A stretch of DNA of 64,000 nt from a virus (taxonomy: Duplodnaviria > Caudoviricetes). A program made the translations under genes and the position numbers. This document shows positions 28,101 through 37,026 of the stretch, one piece after another; position 1 is the first letter of the stretch, and the number at the start of each line of letters is the position of its first letter. The stretch is from positions 47,103-111,102 of the IMG/VR virus record IMGVR_UViG_3300026549_000051; one strand, given 5' to 3'. Under the pieces are notes generated by a model that saw nothing but the letters and a program-made list of their open reading frames with translations, was not told the DNA's origin and did no database searches.

Positions 28101-31100
28101 AATGCAATTCTGTCAGGGGCGTCATTAGGAGCAGCAGAAACCAAGCCACTGCGCAAGATTACTAGTAGAGAGAGGACGGCTTTTGTAAAGCAGCTTTATC
28201 CTGAGACCGGGCTAGATGAGCTTGTCCTGCTTAATCAGGCCTCCCCGTTCTCAATAGCAGTCACCGACGATAAGAGTTTTTCTTCGTTCATGGAAGCCCT
28301 AGACTCTAGGACGCGACGATACCTTGAACGGAGCATGGACGAGCAGGCAGGGTACTTATATGAAGCTAGGAAGAAAACGACAATACCGGAAGTTAAGGCA
28401 TCGCCATCAGTCGTCGACGGCCAGGCTGCGGCGTTGCCGTCTTCAGGCAAGGCTAACTACACGTTCAGCAATTTAGAACTGCTCATGGCGAACGATCCAG
28501 ATTTCTCCACGAAATTGAAACAGCAATATGTCTTAAATAATAAGGAGCTAGCTGAAAGTGCCAGCTTGGAGCGTGCCATCGAGTCCCAGAAGCGCGGCAA
28601 GGCGATGTTTGATGCAAACACTAAATATCAATCTGATATGTTGCGGTTGAACAAGCTTCGCGCGAAATACAACCTTGAAGCTCTCGACGATAAATACATC
28701 GAATCAATGGACAGTATTATAGATGATATTATTGATGCGAATATTGAGGACAAAAACGTCAACCAGGCATTTTGGGCTTTAGGGGACGCTACGGCTGGCG
28801 GTGATGACCTAATTGAGTATGCGACGTTGCGTTCGCTGAATGCACAGAAGAGAAAAGTAGTAGGGGCGTATCAGGAAGCGGCTGAAAAGACTATGAACTC
28901 TGCGATTACTGGTGACGTCTTAAAGAAATATGCCAACGACAAAGAAGCTTTAGCGAAGGCGAAACTCAGAATCAAGAAACACGCAAGAGAATACGCAAAA
29001 AATGCCGCGGAGCTTTTTGAAACACGGCTCGTGGACAGATACGGCGAGGTGGCCAGTCGGTTGGCGGCCCAGGGGAGCGACGTAGTTAATCGAAAAGACT
29101 ATTGGAGCATAGTAGACGAGTTAAATAAAGAAATTGCCGGAGCTTCAAAGACGTCTAACGTAATAAAAACTTATGGGGCACACGGGTATGAAGAGTATGT
29201 CGAGCTTTCTCCTACAATTGCAAGTATGTTCACTATGCGTCCTCGGCCAATCCGTCGCGGTCCATTCGGGGCTATACAACAGGCATTCGTGCGTACTTTT
29301 CGCGCCGGTACAACAGGTGGTTTTATTCCCGGATCTCTCGTTAACCAGGGGTTCCGAGATTTTGGCAATGCAATAGTTGCGGGAAATGCGTGGCACACCA
29401 GCAGCACAGTCAAAAGAGTATTAACTGAGAACTTTGGCGAAGACTTAGCGGAAAGACTGCAAAATGAATTGCCAGACGTTTTCGAGAGCCTATTAAAAAA
29501 GTCGGATGAAACTGGCAAAAGCGTCGGCGAGCTAGCCGTGCAGATGGAACTGGATAGAGGCGCGGCGAATGTTAGCTCCGAGCTTGAAACACAGATATAT
29601 CAGTTTGGGCGCGAGGCTAGGATTGCTCGCAATAGCCGAGGCGTATATGACCAAACCGCGTTGGAGAAGATCACGGATGCCGTAGATAACGTGCAAAGAA
29701 AAAGAGAGGCACTTAATACTATGCGCGAGACCTACCTGCGTAACCGAGTGTACAACAATAACCTGCTCGAAGCCCTTAATAGTGGCATGGCGTTAGACGA
29801 TGCTCGCGAAGTAGCGAAGTTCATGCAGGCGGAGGCCACCACGAACTTCGCACGTCGTTCGTATCATTTAGCTAATCTGTCTGAAACAGTCCCATATCTC
29901 GGTGCAGCTATCAATGGCCAAAAATCATTTTGGCGGCTCTTCTCGATTGACCCGGTTGGGATGTCGACCAGAATTGTCGGCGGGTTCGTAGTACCAATCA
30001 TCGCACTCACAGCACATTCTTTATCTACAGAAGAGAACAGAAGAATTTACAAGCAAATTCCAGAATATGCCAAATCGGATTCTTTGACATTCGTGACTGA
30101 GGGACAGGTTTTCTCTATTCCTATCCCGCAGGAGTTAGGCGCCTTTGTGTCGGCGACGCAGCACATGGTTGAGAGTATGGCGGACGCCAGTGACTCTTCG
30201 TTTGCCGAACTGATGGCTAACGACCTTCTTGGGGCATTTCCTATTGACCTAAGTGGTTTTATGGGGCTAGATAGCGATAAAATTACTGAGGGCAATCTTG
30301 CGACAGACCATCTTGTCCCAGGGTTTGTGAAGATGTCTTCGCAATTAATGCCGCCATTAGTCAAATCCGGTTTTATGCTTGCTACTGGCATAGACCCGTT
30401 CACGATGAAGCAGATTGATACTGCACACACGACAACAGACCCGGAGACTGGGGAAAGAGTTGTGATGGATTATACTTCTGGATACGCGGCCAAGGCCATA
30501 AGCAAGATTTTAGGAGATAAAATATCAGCACAGATGGCGCAGAAGATTTTGTCAAATATCTTTGGCACGGGCGGAATGCTTTATGTCGACGGGTTGGCTG
30601 ACTTAGCCACAGCTGCATTTGATAATGAAAAAAGTTTCCTCGAAGATGGAGTTGGCGGTTTCGCGCAGGACTTGCTCGAGAACGGCTTGAACCGGTTAAC
30701 GGTCCCACGCTACGGAGAAGAGAGCAATCTTGCATGGAATCGCGCAGTAGCCCAGCTTTACAAAGAGAAAGCCGCGTTGCTGTCTGACCCTGAATACCAG
30801 GATGACCTGAAGGCGCTCAGTGATAAGACTATCTCTGATAGTGCAAGGAAGAAGATTGAAAGTCGGCTGAAAACTCGCCAACACGAGTACATGCAAAAAG
30901 TGCTCGACGCGGCGAATAATCTCGTCGACAACTATGGCGGAACCTTTGACCGCTACAAGTTTGGAGCTGTCCTTTCGCTAATGAACCTTGATACTGATTC
31001 CGTTAATGAGAACCCGTATGATGCGTATGCGACCTATCTTACGAAGCAAGAATGGAATCTGAATAAAGCCGCGGCTATTGAGACTATGCAAGAAATGGGC

Positions 31101-31625
31101 TTCCCGTCTACCAATGACCAGTCCCTCTTCGGCTATTACAGTGAGGACCAGGATGGAAATGTCTCGATCCAATATAACTCTCCATTAGCGATTCTGAACT
31201 ATCAGCAGACCGAGCGGCAACAAGATAAGATTATGCTGGCGCTAGTGCAGGGTGTTGGGACAGATAAGAACTTCTATGAACGGCATCAGAGCGTACAGGA
31301 GCAGGTCAACAAAATCCGTGAAGGCAAGACGAAACTCACGAACGACGATTACAACGCAATTGACGCAATTTACGTTAACTGGAACGCTGAAGTCGCGGCT
31401 GATCTTGCGGACATCGTAAGCACTTATGGGGCTGAAGCCGCCATAAATAATAAAGCGGTTCGCGATTATCTTTATTCTTACATTGAAGTCCCTAACTACT
31501 GGGAGAGGAATAATAAGAACAGATATGTAAGCTTAGGCGACAGAGGCGTAAAGAAGGCAGCATATTATACAAGCTGGCTAAGGTCGATGTTCAAAGTAAA
31601 TGACCGGTATAAAGGTCAGTATTAG
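25119..31625 (+). CDS. Giant internal virion / DNA-ejection protein with an LPD38-like region
   Basis: 2168 aa, Ala-rich hydrophobic segment at aa ~390-510; YKQIPEYAK...FSIPIPQELG resembles LPD38. Confidence 0.65.
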   Translation: MALVNSRSTLEGPTLGTNIGEDVRRQNEDRKNTALVNEGLVKSGASFDPTTQVVDKAGYAEAVSEYNAWEASRGDLMKAATTVRLNPDTGDVEVSAPKKALKSPLLKQNYDEALKAISLNYKLNPDYKYALMKDSSETKTSEEWAADIERQLKEDVPRFIAREEQKDALKEQTGLDFSDEDLTKMATVALEYNNENGETVLVKDDTRQSVPKQIVEMEAFEPIRESYDEESGTFEWKDLKEVWDRDKTSDEAILDVYKIVDEYFSKGEFTDPTEYAQMSAFYQFAEGKDPSIKWYRGAVLTAGEVLMGAWEGTANFTQSILSAADTVGTLAGNAIEAASYAMSSGESIGEAWQAAKATDTKSFVEQCNEDLDRFIADRQKEQRVLSDQAAAANAISSTLTAVGAQIVASIVVGNVAADVAKGAVGGAVARAASGFGKTANSLATITASNIASGALTAEELTSTVYSGTAVLLTLADAATAAKAFATAASAVRGITIASKIVVSAADVMGQAIVDVTLSDKKLFRQLMLSGDQEAKEYAIQQLSQNVIGEVSGVALGRAVKGLAKTEVGRVVNAKASTRIAALKASIGQTADNLKISWFHKGNEEWLLEKAKRLGDEAKKSEGQWYGIWASNRAARAERQLRAYGANLISRQANRKVGELAGTITADSWDDLVVTADDVLSKSKITLARANNLIDSIYKGDIAATEAAIMMDNPKLEAARKAVVDEITNVVKAEQAAGIASKAKKIKIADSGNVVTVMSEETNRYANAMVRARYAEAYIGLASDGNEIAKAKKELESLRPIIEKFETEQPQELIDAVNSYERSVARAYEEIGNTRKSLGLISEDELTAMRESGFFAEGYIRQQRIKGWEEYRSLGGRLHIHEVRGTQHWKWGSTDTDWQDMSLVLFDDIEEIARQYQRKKNIETLKYLGIEIKTVVGEDGVRIVDEVNPVRKKAAATLSRSTKNAVRDFGDKVETAVSDSFVAQKTHTVVNQAETNAILSGASLGAAETKPLRKITSRERTAFVKQLYPETGLDELVLLNQASPFSIAVTDDKSFSSFMEALDSRTRRYLERSMDEQAGYLYEARKKTTIPEVKASPSVVDGQAAALPSSGKANYTFSNLELLMANDPDFSTKLKQQYVLNNKELAESASLERAIESQKRGKAMFDANTKYQSDMLRLNKLRAKYNLEALDDKYIESMDSIIDDIIDANIEDKNVNQAFWALGDATAGGDDLIEYATLRSLNAQKRKVVGAYQEAAEKTMNSAITGDVLKKYANDKEALAKAKLRIKKHAREYAKNAAELFETRLVDRYGEVASRLAAQGSDVVNRKDYWSIVDELNKEIAGASKTSNVIKTYGAHGYEEYVELSPTIASMFTMRPRPIRRGPFGAIQQAFVRTFRAGTTGGFIPGSLVNQGFRDFGNAIVAGNAWHTSSTVKRVLTENFGEDLAERLQNELPDVFESLLKKSDETGKSVGELAVQMELDRGAANVSSELETQIYQFGREARIARNSRGVYDQTALEKITDAVDNVQRKREALNTMRETYLRNRVYNNNLLEALNSGMALDDAREVAKFMQAEATTNFARRSYHLANLSETVPYLGAAINGQKSFWRLFSIDPVGMSTRIVGGFVVPIIALTAHSLSTEENRRIYKQIPEYAKSDSLTFVTEGQVFSIPIPQELGAFVSATQHMVESMADASDSSFAELMANDLLGAFPIDLSGFMGLDSDKITEGNLATDHLVPGFVKMSSQLMPPLVKSGFMLATGIDPFTMKQIDTAHTTTDPETGERVVMDYTSGYAAKAISKILGDKISAQMAQKILSNIFGTGGMLYVDGLADLATAAFDNEKSFLEDGVGGFAQDLLENGLNRLTVPRYGEESNLAWNRAVAQLYKEKAALLSDPEYQDDLKALSDKTISDSARKKIESRLKTRQHEYMQKVLDAANNLVDNYGGTFDRYKFGAVLSLMNLDTDSVNENPYDAYATYLTKQEWNLNKAAAIETMQEMGFPSTNDQSLFGYYSEDQDGNVSIQYNSPLAILNYQQTERQQDKIMLALVQGVGTDKNFYERHQSVQEQVNKIREGKTKLTNDDYNAIDAIYVNWNAEVAADLADIVSTYGAEAAINNKAVRDYLYSYIEVPNYWERNNKNRYVSLGDRGVKKAAYYTSWLRSMFKVNDRYKGQY

Positions 31626-31632
31626 GAGCAAC

Positions 31633-32343
31633 ATGGATAGAGAGTCTATTTTGGAGAATATCGAAAAAGCTAAGAACGCTTCACTCGAAGAGGGGGCGGC
31701 ATACTACGACAGTCTGCCGCCTGAATTGGCGACTCCGGGTGAGCCGACTGATATTTATAAAAACAACCAATCTATTAGGCGCGAAGAATCGAGAAAGACG
31801 CGGCCAAATGGCAGCTCTGCGCTCGTCATGGCCGCCACGCAGGCCGTGGTGGACGGCGACGGGGCCGAGGGCCTAGCCCACGCCCACAAGAGAGCAGAAG
31901 ATGATAGTGAACTCTACAGAAAGAGAGGCGAGCACGATAGGGCGGAAATCGCTAAGCATCAATATATGGAAGAGCATTTCCTCCCCGCAGTTGAGACAGT
32001 CATTAACTATACGAGCCCAGATGAACTGCTTAACTGCAAAGATGCTCTCTCGAAGCTAGACAAATATGTGTTCGGCTCCGGCAACTCAACTGGTTACACC
32101 GCGGCCTATATCCGCTCGGCCTATGGCGATTTACTCGGACAAGACATAAACCACAGATTTGGCGAGAGCGACCCGACCGTGGTGGAAGTTGTACGCCGTA
32201 TCAAGTTTTTGGCAGATAGTGACGACATCAGAACAGCTGTAGGGTTGGCAAAACAGCTCAAGCGACAGATAGACGATGGCCAGCACTTAGCCTCTGATGA
32301 CGACTATGCCCTTATCGGTAGAGTGGCTGCCTATGCGAGTTAA
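31633..32343 (+). CDS. Hypothetical virion-associated protein
   Basis: AGGAG RBS before MDRES. Confidence 0.6.
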   Translation: MDRESILENIEKAKNASLEEGAAYYDSLPPELATPGEPTDIYKNNQSIRREESRKTRPNGSSALVMAATQAVVDGDGAEGLAHAHKRAEDDSELYRKRGEHDRAEIAKHQYMEEHFLPAVETVINYTSPDELLNCKDALSKLDKYVFGSGNSTGYTAAYIRSAYGDLLGQDINHRFGESDPTVVEVVRRIKFLADSDDIRTAVGLAKQLKRQIDDGQHLASDDDYALIGRVAAYAS

Positions 32344-32382
32344 TTTTAAGATGTATATATTAAGGTCTATTATAATTGAGTT

Positions 32383-33078
32383 ATGAGTTTATGTAATACC
32401 TGTGGCGGCCCATTAGGCACATGTGGACATTGCGGACAATGCCAGCCTAAATGCGGCTGCGAGAAAAAATGTCCTACGCCTTGCGGTTGCCCAGAGTCGA
32501 TTCTTTCTATCGAGGCGGATAGCACGAACCCTACGAATCTCCGCTTCAATCTCGGCGGTCGTTCGGTATGGTACGATTTCGATTCTACTATAAAAGCTGG
32601 CGAGACCTGCACTACGCTTTACGCGGATTTGACCGCCCGTAATCTTGTCTATAACGCTGAGTGTCAGACCATCACTATTTCGGCGGCAAGCCTAGGTGGT
32701 ATTTTGCACCTAGCAGACATCGGAGACGTGGATGCTACAACAATCAAAGATAACGCTATTCTTGTTTACAAGAAAGATGCTGACTGCGGTGAGAACTGCG
32801 ACGGCGGGAACGGATGGATTGGTGTAGACCCGAGTGAAGCTGGCGACAGCTCACTTGACTACATTATGGGGTCAGATGCGGACGGCGAAGTAAAAAGCTT
32901 GATGCCACCAGCCAACGCTAGCCAATTCTATTACCTGTCGTGGGCGGCTCAGGATAAGGCTTCATGGAAGCAACCGACTATTGCGACTTCCGCACCGCAA
33001 GACAGCGATGGCAAGGTTTGGCGCGTGTATATGGATCCGACGACCAAGGAGCTTATTGTGGTTAAGGAGGACGCATAA
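32383..33078 (+). CDS. Cys-rich structural (fibre/collar) protein, paralogue 1
   Basis: Cys-dense N-terminus; ETCTTL...LADIGDVD module. Confidence 0.6.
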   Translation: MSLCNTCGGPLGTCGHCGQCQPKCGCEKKCPTPCGCPESILSIEADSTNPTNLRFNLGGRSVWYDFDSTIKAGETCTTLYADLTARNLVYNAECQTITISAASLGGILHLADIGDVDATTIKDNAILVYKKDADCGENCDGGNGWIGVDPSEAGDSSLDYIMGSDADGEVKSLMPPANASQFYYLSWAAQDKASWKQPTIATSAPQDSDGKVWRVYMDPTTKELIVVKEDA

Positions 33079-33716
33079 TGACTAACATTGATGAATTTAA
33101 CCGCCGTGAGTGTGGCAAAATCGACAGTAATTGCGTGAATGCCTACACGGAATTTAAGCTAGACCCAGATAGCGCGACAGGGCTATGCCTAGATACTTCT
33201 TGGGGCGGAGATTGCTTAGACCTTACGAGCATCGTTAAAGCGGCCGAAACCGTGACGACGCTTTATCTCTCTCCAGAGGACAACCCAAATTGCTTGGTGT
33301 TCGAGCGCGAAGATGGACAATCTGACTGCATTAACGGCGACGACCTGTCACGCATTATCTCAATGACTAAGCTGAAGGACGTCGACCAAAAGACGGCGCC
33401 TGTGAACGGCGACGTTTATATGTACAATAACGGCAAGTTCTATACGTTTAACTTGCAACAATATATGGACGATACAGCCCAAACAATCGCCAACATGCAG
33501 GCGGCCATCCGTCAGCTACAAGTGCTATTGAATTACTGGCAGGTTCCAGAAGATTTGCCAGCGAACGCTAAGATTATGCTCGGCAATATCAACCTGTATT
33601 CGGATACGAATGCCGTTATTAATAGCGATGGCACAGTCCAGTCGCTTGATAAGACCAGTGGCATTTACGGGCATGACCTAGACGTAGATAGAACGGAAGA
33701 TGAGATTTTCGGGTAA
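33078..33716 (+). CDS. Structural (fibre/collar) protein, paralogue 2
   Basis: ETVTTL...KLKDVD module followed by a coiled coil. Confidence 0.6.
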   Translation: MTNIDEFNRRECGKIDSNCVNAYTEFKLDPDSATGLCLDTSWGGDCLDLTSIVKAAETVTTLYLSPEDNPNCLVFEREDGQSDCINGDDLSRIISMTKLKDVDQKTAPVNGDVYMYNNGKFYTFNLQQYMDDTAQTIANMQAAIRQLQVLLNYWQVPEDLPANAKIMLGNINLYSDTNAVINSDGTVQSLDKTSGIYGHDLDVDRTEDEIFG

Positions 33717-33734
33717 TAATAAAAGGAGAACAAA

Positions 33735-34244
33735 ATGAGTTGCGACAATAAAGTAGAGACCGTGAATATCGCAGATGTAGCGATTGACACGCTTGCGAGC
33801 CTGCCAGATTACATCTTGGCTGAGCGCGACATCACGGATGAATCAACGGGAAACATCAAGCGTACCCCAGTGCGTGTGCCGAGTGCAGCGCTTTTCCCAA
33901 ATGCCAACAATGATAACGTGATTGGTCTAGCTGTTAATAACACCGCCATTGCAGTGCCAGAGAACCAAGTACGCGCAGGATATATTGCGAATGAGCCAGG
34001 TGCTCTCGTAATGAATTATGCAGACGCTTCACATCCAGCAATGTTCCTAATGCTCGGTCTGCACGTAGACAATGTTATGCGCATCCAGAATACTGGCTTT
34101 GTGAATATTCCTGAGGGACACTCTTATATCCCAGGCGCACAATACTATGTAGGCGAAAATGGCGAGCCTGTCACGGATGCCTCGATTACTGGCCAAAAGT
34201 TGTTTATCCCGATTAGTAGCACAAAATTAGCAGTCAACATGTAA
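33735..34244 (+). CDS. Probable structural/decoration protein
   Basis: PGAQYYVGENGEP beta motif; AAGGAG RBS. Confidence 0.5.
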   Translation: MSCDNKVETVNIADVAIDTLASLPDYILAERDITDESTGNIKRTPVRVPSAALFPNANNDNVIGLAVNNTAIAVPENQVRAGYIANEPGALVMNYADASHPAMFLMLGLHVDNVMRIQNTGFVNIPEGHSYIPGAQYYVGENGEPVTDASITGQKLFIPISSTKLAVNM

Positions 34245-34245
34245 T

Positions 34246-34836
34246 ATGGCTATTCAAGATAACTTTATCGGGAATTTGAGGGGAAGTAGGAATGTCGCTA
34301 GTGGCTTGTCATTGAACACCGACCAGAAGATCACGACACAAGATGGTGCGAAAAATGAGGCAGGCAGTGTGCGATCTCTTGGTCCGATATATACTGATGC
34401 GCCCCGCGGTGGAGAGCCGTCTGCGCCCCCTCGTGCGCAGCGGAGAATATTGTCCGCTGATGGAGCGGCGCTCGATGCGGCGAACCGTGGAACGGTAAGA
34501 CCCATCAAGTTTGGCCCAATTTCGGCCATACAATACGAGGACTTCATGGCCAAGAAGGGACCATTTGCGGAAATGATGGGCAAGTGGACCATGGAAGATA
34601 CCCCAGAAAAACGAATTAATATCGTCAACCAGTATTCGCGAAAATTTAAGTTCAATGACAACCCGATTCTCTCCGATATGCTTCGGTCGTTGAGTAAGTA
34701 TGACGACGGGAACATTAATGACCCCAATGCTCCGGAAGATGCCTTCACTATAGTGCGCAGGCAAGACTGGTATGATGCGTTCATTGAGAACCTAAAAGCC
34801 GCTCAGGATATATTCAACCCATCCCGTAGAGCTTAA
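34246..34836 (+). CDS. Hypothetical protein
   Basis: 196 aa in the operon, followed by a terminator. Confidence 0.55.
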   Translation: MAIQDNFIGNLRGSRNVASGLSLNTDQKITTQDGAKNEAGSVRSLGPIYTDAPRGGEPSAPPRAQRRILSADGAALDAANRGTVRPIKFGPISAIQYEDFMAKKGPFAEMMGKWTMEDTPEKRINIVNQYSRKFKFNDNPILSDMLRSLSKYDDGNINDPNAPEDAFTIVRRQDWYDAFIENLKAAQDIFNPSRRA

Positions 34837-34872
34837 AAAATATCCCCAAGAGGTACAGAGGGGATATTTTTT
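34835..34872. terminator. Bidirectional terminator
   Basis: AAAAAATATCCCC...GGGGATATTTTTT between convergent genes. Confidence 0.75.
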
Positions 34873-34913
34873 ATGGTGTTTCCACACTCACCACATAGAA
34901 CTACGGGAGGCTA

Positions 34914-35327
34914 CTACCCCTCCTGTTCTAATTCTAACTCACCACGGTCGTCCCGGCAAGCCTCGCATTCGCTGAGGTCTTTGTTTGTAGCCTTCCCCCA
35001 AATATCATCGACCAGGTTGTCGATTTCTTTTAGCTGTTCAGCTTTCTCTCCCCAGATTTCGTAGGCTACTTGCCTGAGGCATGCCGCGCTTTTGCATAGA
35101 CACCAAAGCTTACTGTCTATGTCTGGGTAGTGCTCTTGCATATACTCTCGGCGAATCTCTTTAGCCCGTTGAGCGGTGACAAGGTAAAACATCTCGTCAT
35201 CTGTGCCTTCGGCTACGACAGCCGAGCGTAGCGCATGCGCCCTAATATGCTCGAGCTCCGAGATGAGACGGATGCTATCAGATACGGCGGCAGTATCATG
35301 GTTGAATATTGGCTTTTCTTCGTTCAT
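34914..35327 (-). CDS. Hypothetical protein, possibly metal-binding
   Basis: EHxxxH, WCLCK and CEAC motifs; antisense to the late operon. Confidence 0.6.
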   Translation of the reverse strand: MNEEKPIFNHDTAAVSDSIRLISELEHIRAHALRSAVVAEGTDDEMFYLVTAQRAKEIRREYMQEHYPDIDSKLWCLCKSAACLRQVAYEIWGEKAEQLKEIDNLVDDIWGKATNKDLSECEACRDDRGELELEQEG

Positions 35328-35362
35328 ACTTAGTATAATAATAACATAACGAAGGAGGATAA

Positions 35363-35446
35363 ATGGGCGTACGAGAAGAGAAGAAGTCCTTTATTGAAAA
35401 CGAACTTGCCGACATGGGGCCAGGAGAAGGCTATGAGCAACAGTAG
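35363..35446 (+). CDS. 27-aa acidic upstream ORF overlapping the lysin start
   Basis: AAGGAGG RBS; MGVREEKKSFIENELADMGPGEGYEQQ. Confidence 0.45.
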   Translation: MGVREEKKSFIENELADMGPGEGYEQQ

Positions 35447-36584
35447 TTTAGTTAATGTAGTAGTAAAAGCGCACAGCGGTAACTATACGGCTGGGCGTGG
35501 CGGATATAAAATTAATCACATCACAGTTCACCACATGGCTGGCGTTTTGACGGCGGCGCAATGTGGTTCTATTTTTGCCAAGGCTGGTCGGAATGGCTCC
35601 GCCCATTACGGTGTCGGCTCTGATGGAAAGATTGGCCTATATGTTAACGAGAGTGACCGTGCATGGTCTGACAGCAACTGGCAATCTAACTGCACCACCG
35701 TTTCGATTGAAACGTCTAATAGTTCCACTGGCGGTAACTGGCCAGTATCAGACCTTACCTTTAATAAACTAGTAGAATTAGTAGCAGACATCGCTAAGCG
35801 TAACGGGTTAGGAACATTGGCCCCAGGCAAGAACTTGACTTGGCACTCGATGTACGCCGCTACGACCTGTCCGGGCGATTACTTAAGGGGAAAGATGCAA
35901 GAGCTCGCTAATAGAGCAAACGCTATCAATAATGGCGAACAATTCAACCCATCATATTGCGACGGTTTCCTGCCATACCCTAACGGGTATTGGACGAAGG
36001 GCGACCAGAATGAGCGCATTGCGGTGCTCGCCAACTGGATGCGAGCGAAGTATCCTGACTTTACCCCTGAGGCAGCCTTGGGTGACTACTACGGCGACAA
36101 TATCGCTGGTGCAGTCAAGCGCTATCAAGAACTTAATGGCCTCGAAGCCGACGGCAACGTAGGTCCGATAACCTATAGCAGCCTTAAGGCGAATGGTTTT
36201 ACTTATCCGAACCCAATTTACCCACCGACCAAGCCTACCTGGACAGACATCAGCCCATTAGTGCTTGAAACGGCTGGAGCTGTGGACTTGTATGACGTCA
36301 CCAGCGGAGCAGTAGTATCGTCATACAGAGAGGGCGTAGAGGTCACAGTAGTGCAGGAGACGACCTGGAATGGTGTAAAATATTATCGCACTCAATGGTC
36401 GAAGGATAAGAACCTGGACAATGGTTTTAAGGCGACTGACTTGCGTGAGCCAGCCGAACCTGAGCCAGGACCAGAGCCAGAGCCAACCCCGGAACCAGAA
36501 GACCCGACTGTCGGTATTCTGGAGAAGATTATTGCGTTTATCAAACATATCATCGAACTAATAACAAAAAAGAAAGAGGACTAA
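35433..36584 (+). CDS. Endolysin: N-acetylmuramoyl-L-alanine amidase (Amidase_2) with peptidoglycan-binding domain
   Basis: ITVHH, SAHYGVG, SIE, WH...TTCPG; PG_binding_1-like AVKRYQELNGLEADGNVGP; PE linker and amphipathic tail. Confidence 0.9.
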   Translation: MSNSSLVNVVVKAHSGNYTAGRGGYKINHITVHHMAGVLTAAQCGSIFAKAGRNGSAHYGVGSDGKIGLYVNESDRAWSDSNWQSNCTTVSIETSNSSTGGNWPVSDLTFNKLVELVADIAKRNGLGTLAPGKNLTWHSMYAATTCPGDYLRGKMQELANRANAINNGEQFNPSYCDGFLPYPNGYWTKGDQNERIAVLANWMRAKYPDFTPEAALGDYYGDNIAGAVKRYQELNGLEADGNVGPITYSSLKANGFTYPNPIYPPTKPTWTDISPLVLETAGAVDLYDVTSGAVVSSYREGVEVTVVQETTWNGVKYYRTQWSKDKNLDNGFKATDLREPAEPEPGPEPEPTPEPEDPTVGILEKIIAFIKHIIELITKKKED

Positions 36585-36824
36585 ATGGAAATCCTAGGTC
36601 TATCAACATTAGCAACAGTAGTGCTCACCGGCCTCGTAGCGGGCGGCACAGAGCTGATTAAGCGTTTATTCGACAAAGACTGGCGAGCAGCCGTAACCAT
36701 CGTTGTGGCGGCCATTATTGGCGGTTTAGGCGGGCTTGTGTTCGGTGCTAACTTCTTAGTCGGCATGGTCTTTGGATTAGCCGCTTCAGGCTACGTCACG
36801 ATTGCTCAGAACATCGGCAAATAG
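36585..36824 (+). CDS. Holin
   Basis: 79 aa with about three TM helices, directly after the lysin. Confidence 0.75.
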   Translation: MEILGLSTLATVVLTGLVAGGTELIKRLFDKDWRAAVTIVVAAIIGGLGGLVFGANFLVGMVFGLAASGYVTIAQNIGK

Positions 36825-36830
36825 CATATT

Positions 36831-36991
36831 AGCAACTAGGTTACAGGTGGGGCGCGCTATATTACTCTTTTTCTCCGGTAGAAAAAAACACACTCCCATC
36901 GCTTGATAATTCCTCGCTAAGATTTCTCAAGCAAACAAAAACAAAAAGCTTCTTCGGTAGCGCACCCCATCCGTAATCTAGTTGCTTTTTT
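36831..36991. repeat. 29-bp imperfect inverted repeat enclosing 98 nt, followed by a T-tract
   Basis: 36831-36859 versus 36958-36986, 25 of 29 positions complementary. Confidence 0.75.
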
Positions 36992-37026
36992 GATAGTTGC
37001 GAGTGGGGATGGGTATAATTATAAGT

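Noticed and set aside
25156-31172. Many antisense and alternate-frame ORFs inside long genes (also throughout the window)
   Set aside because: Shadow ORFs of real genes, with no initiation signals or recognisable motifs.
36831-36991. Retron msr-msd
   Set aside because: The inverted repeats fit superficially, but there is no reverse transcriptase nearby.
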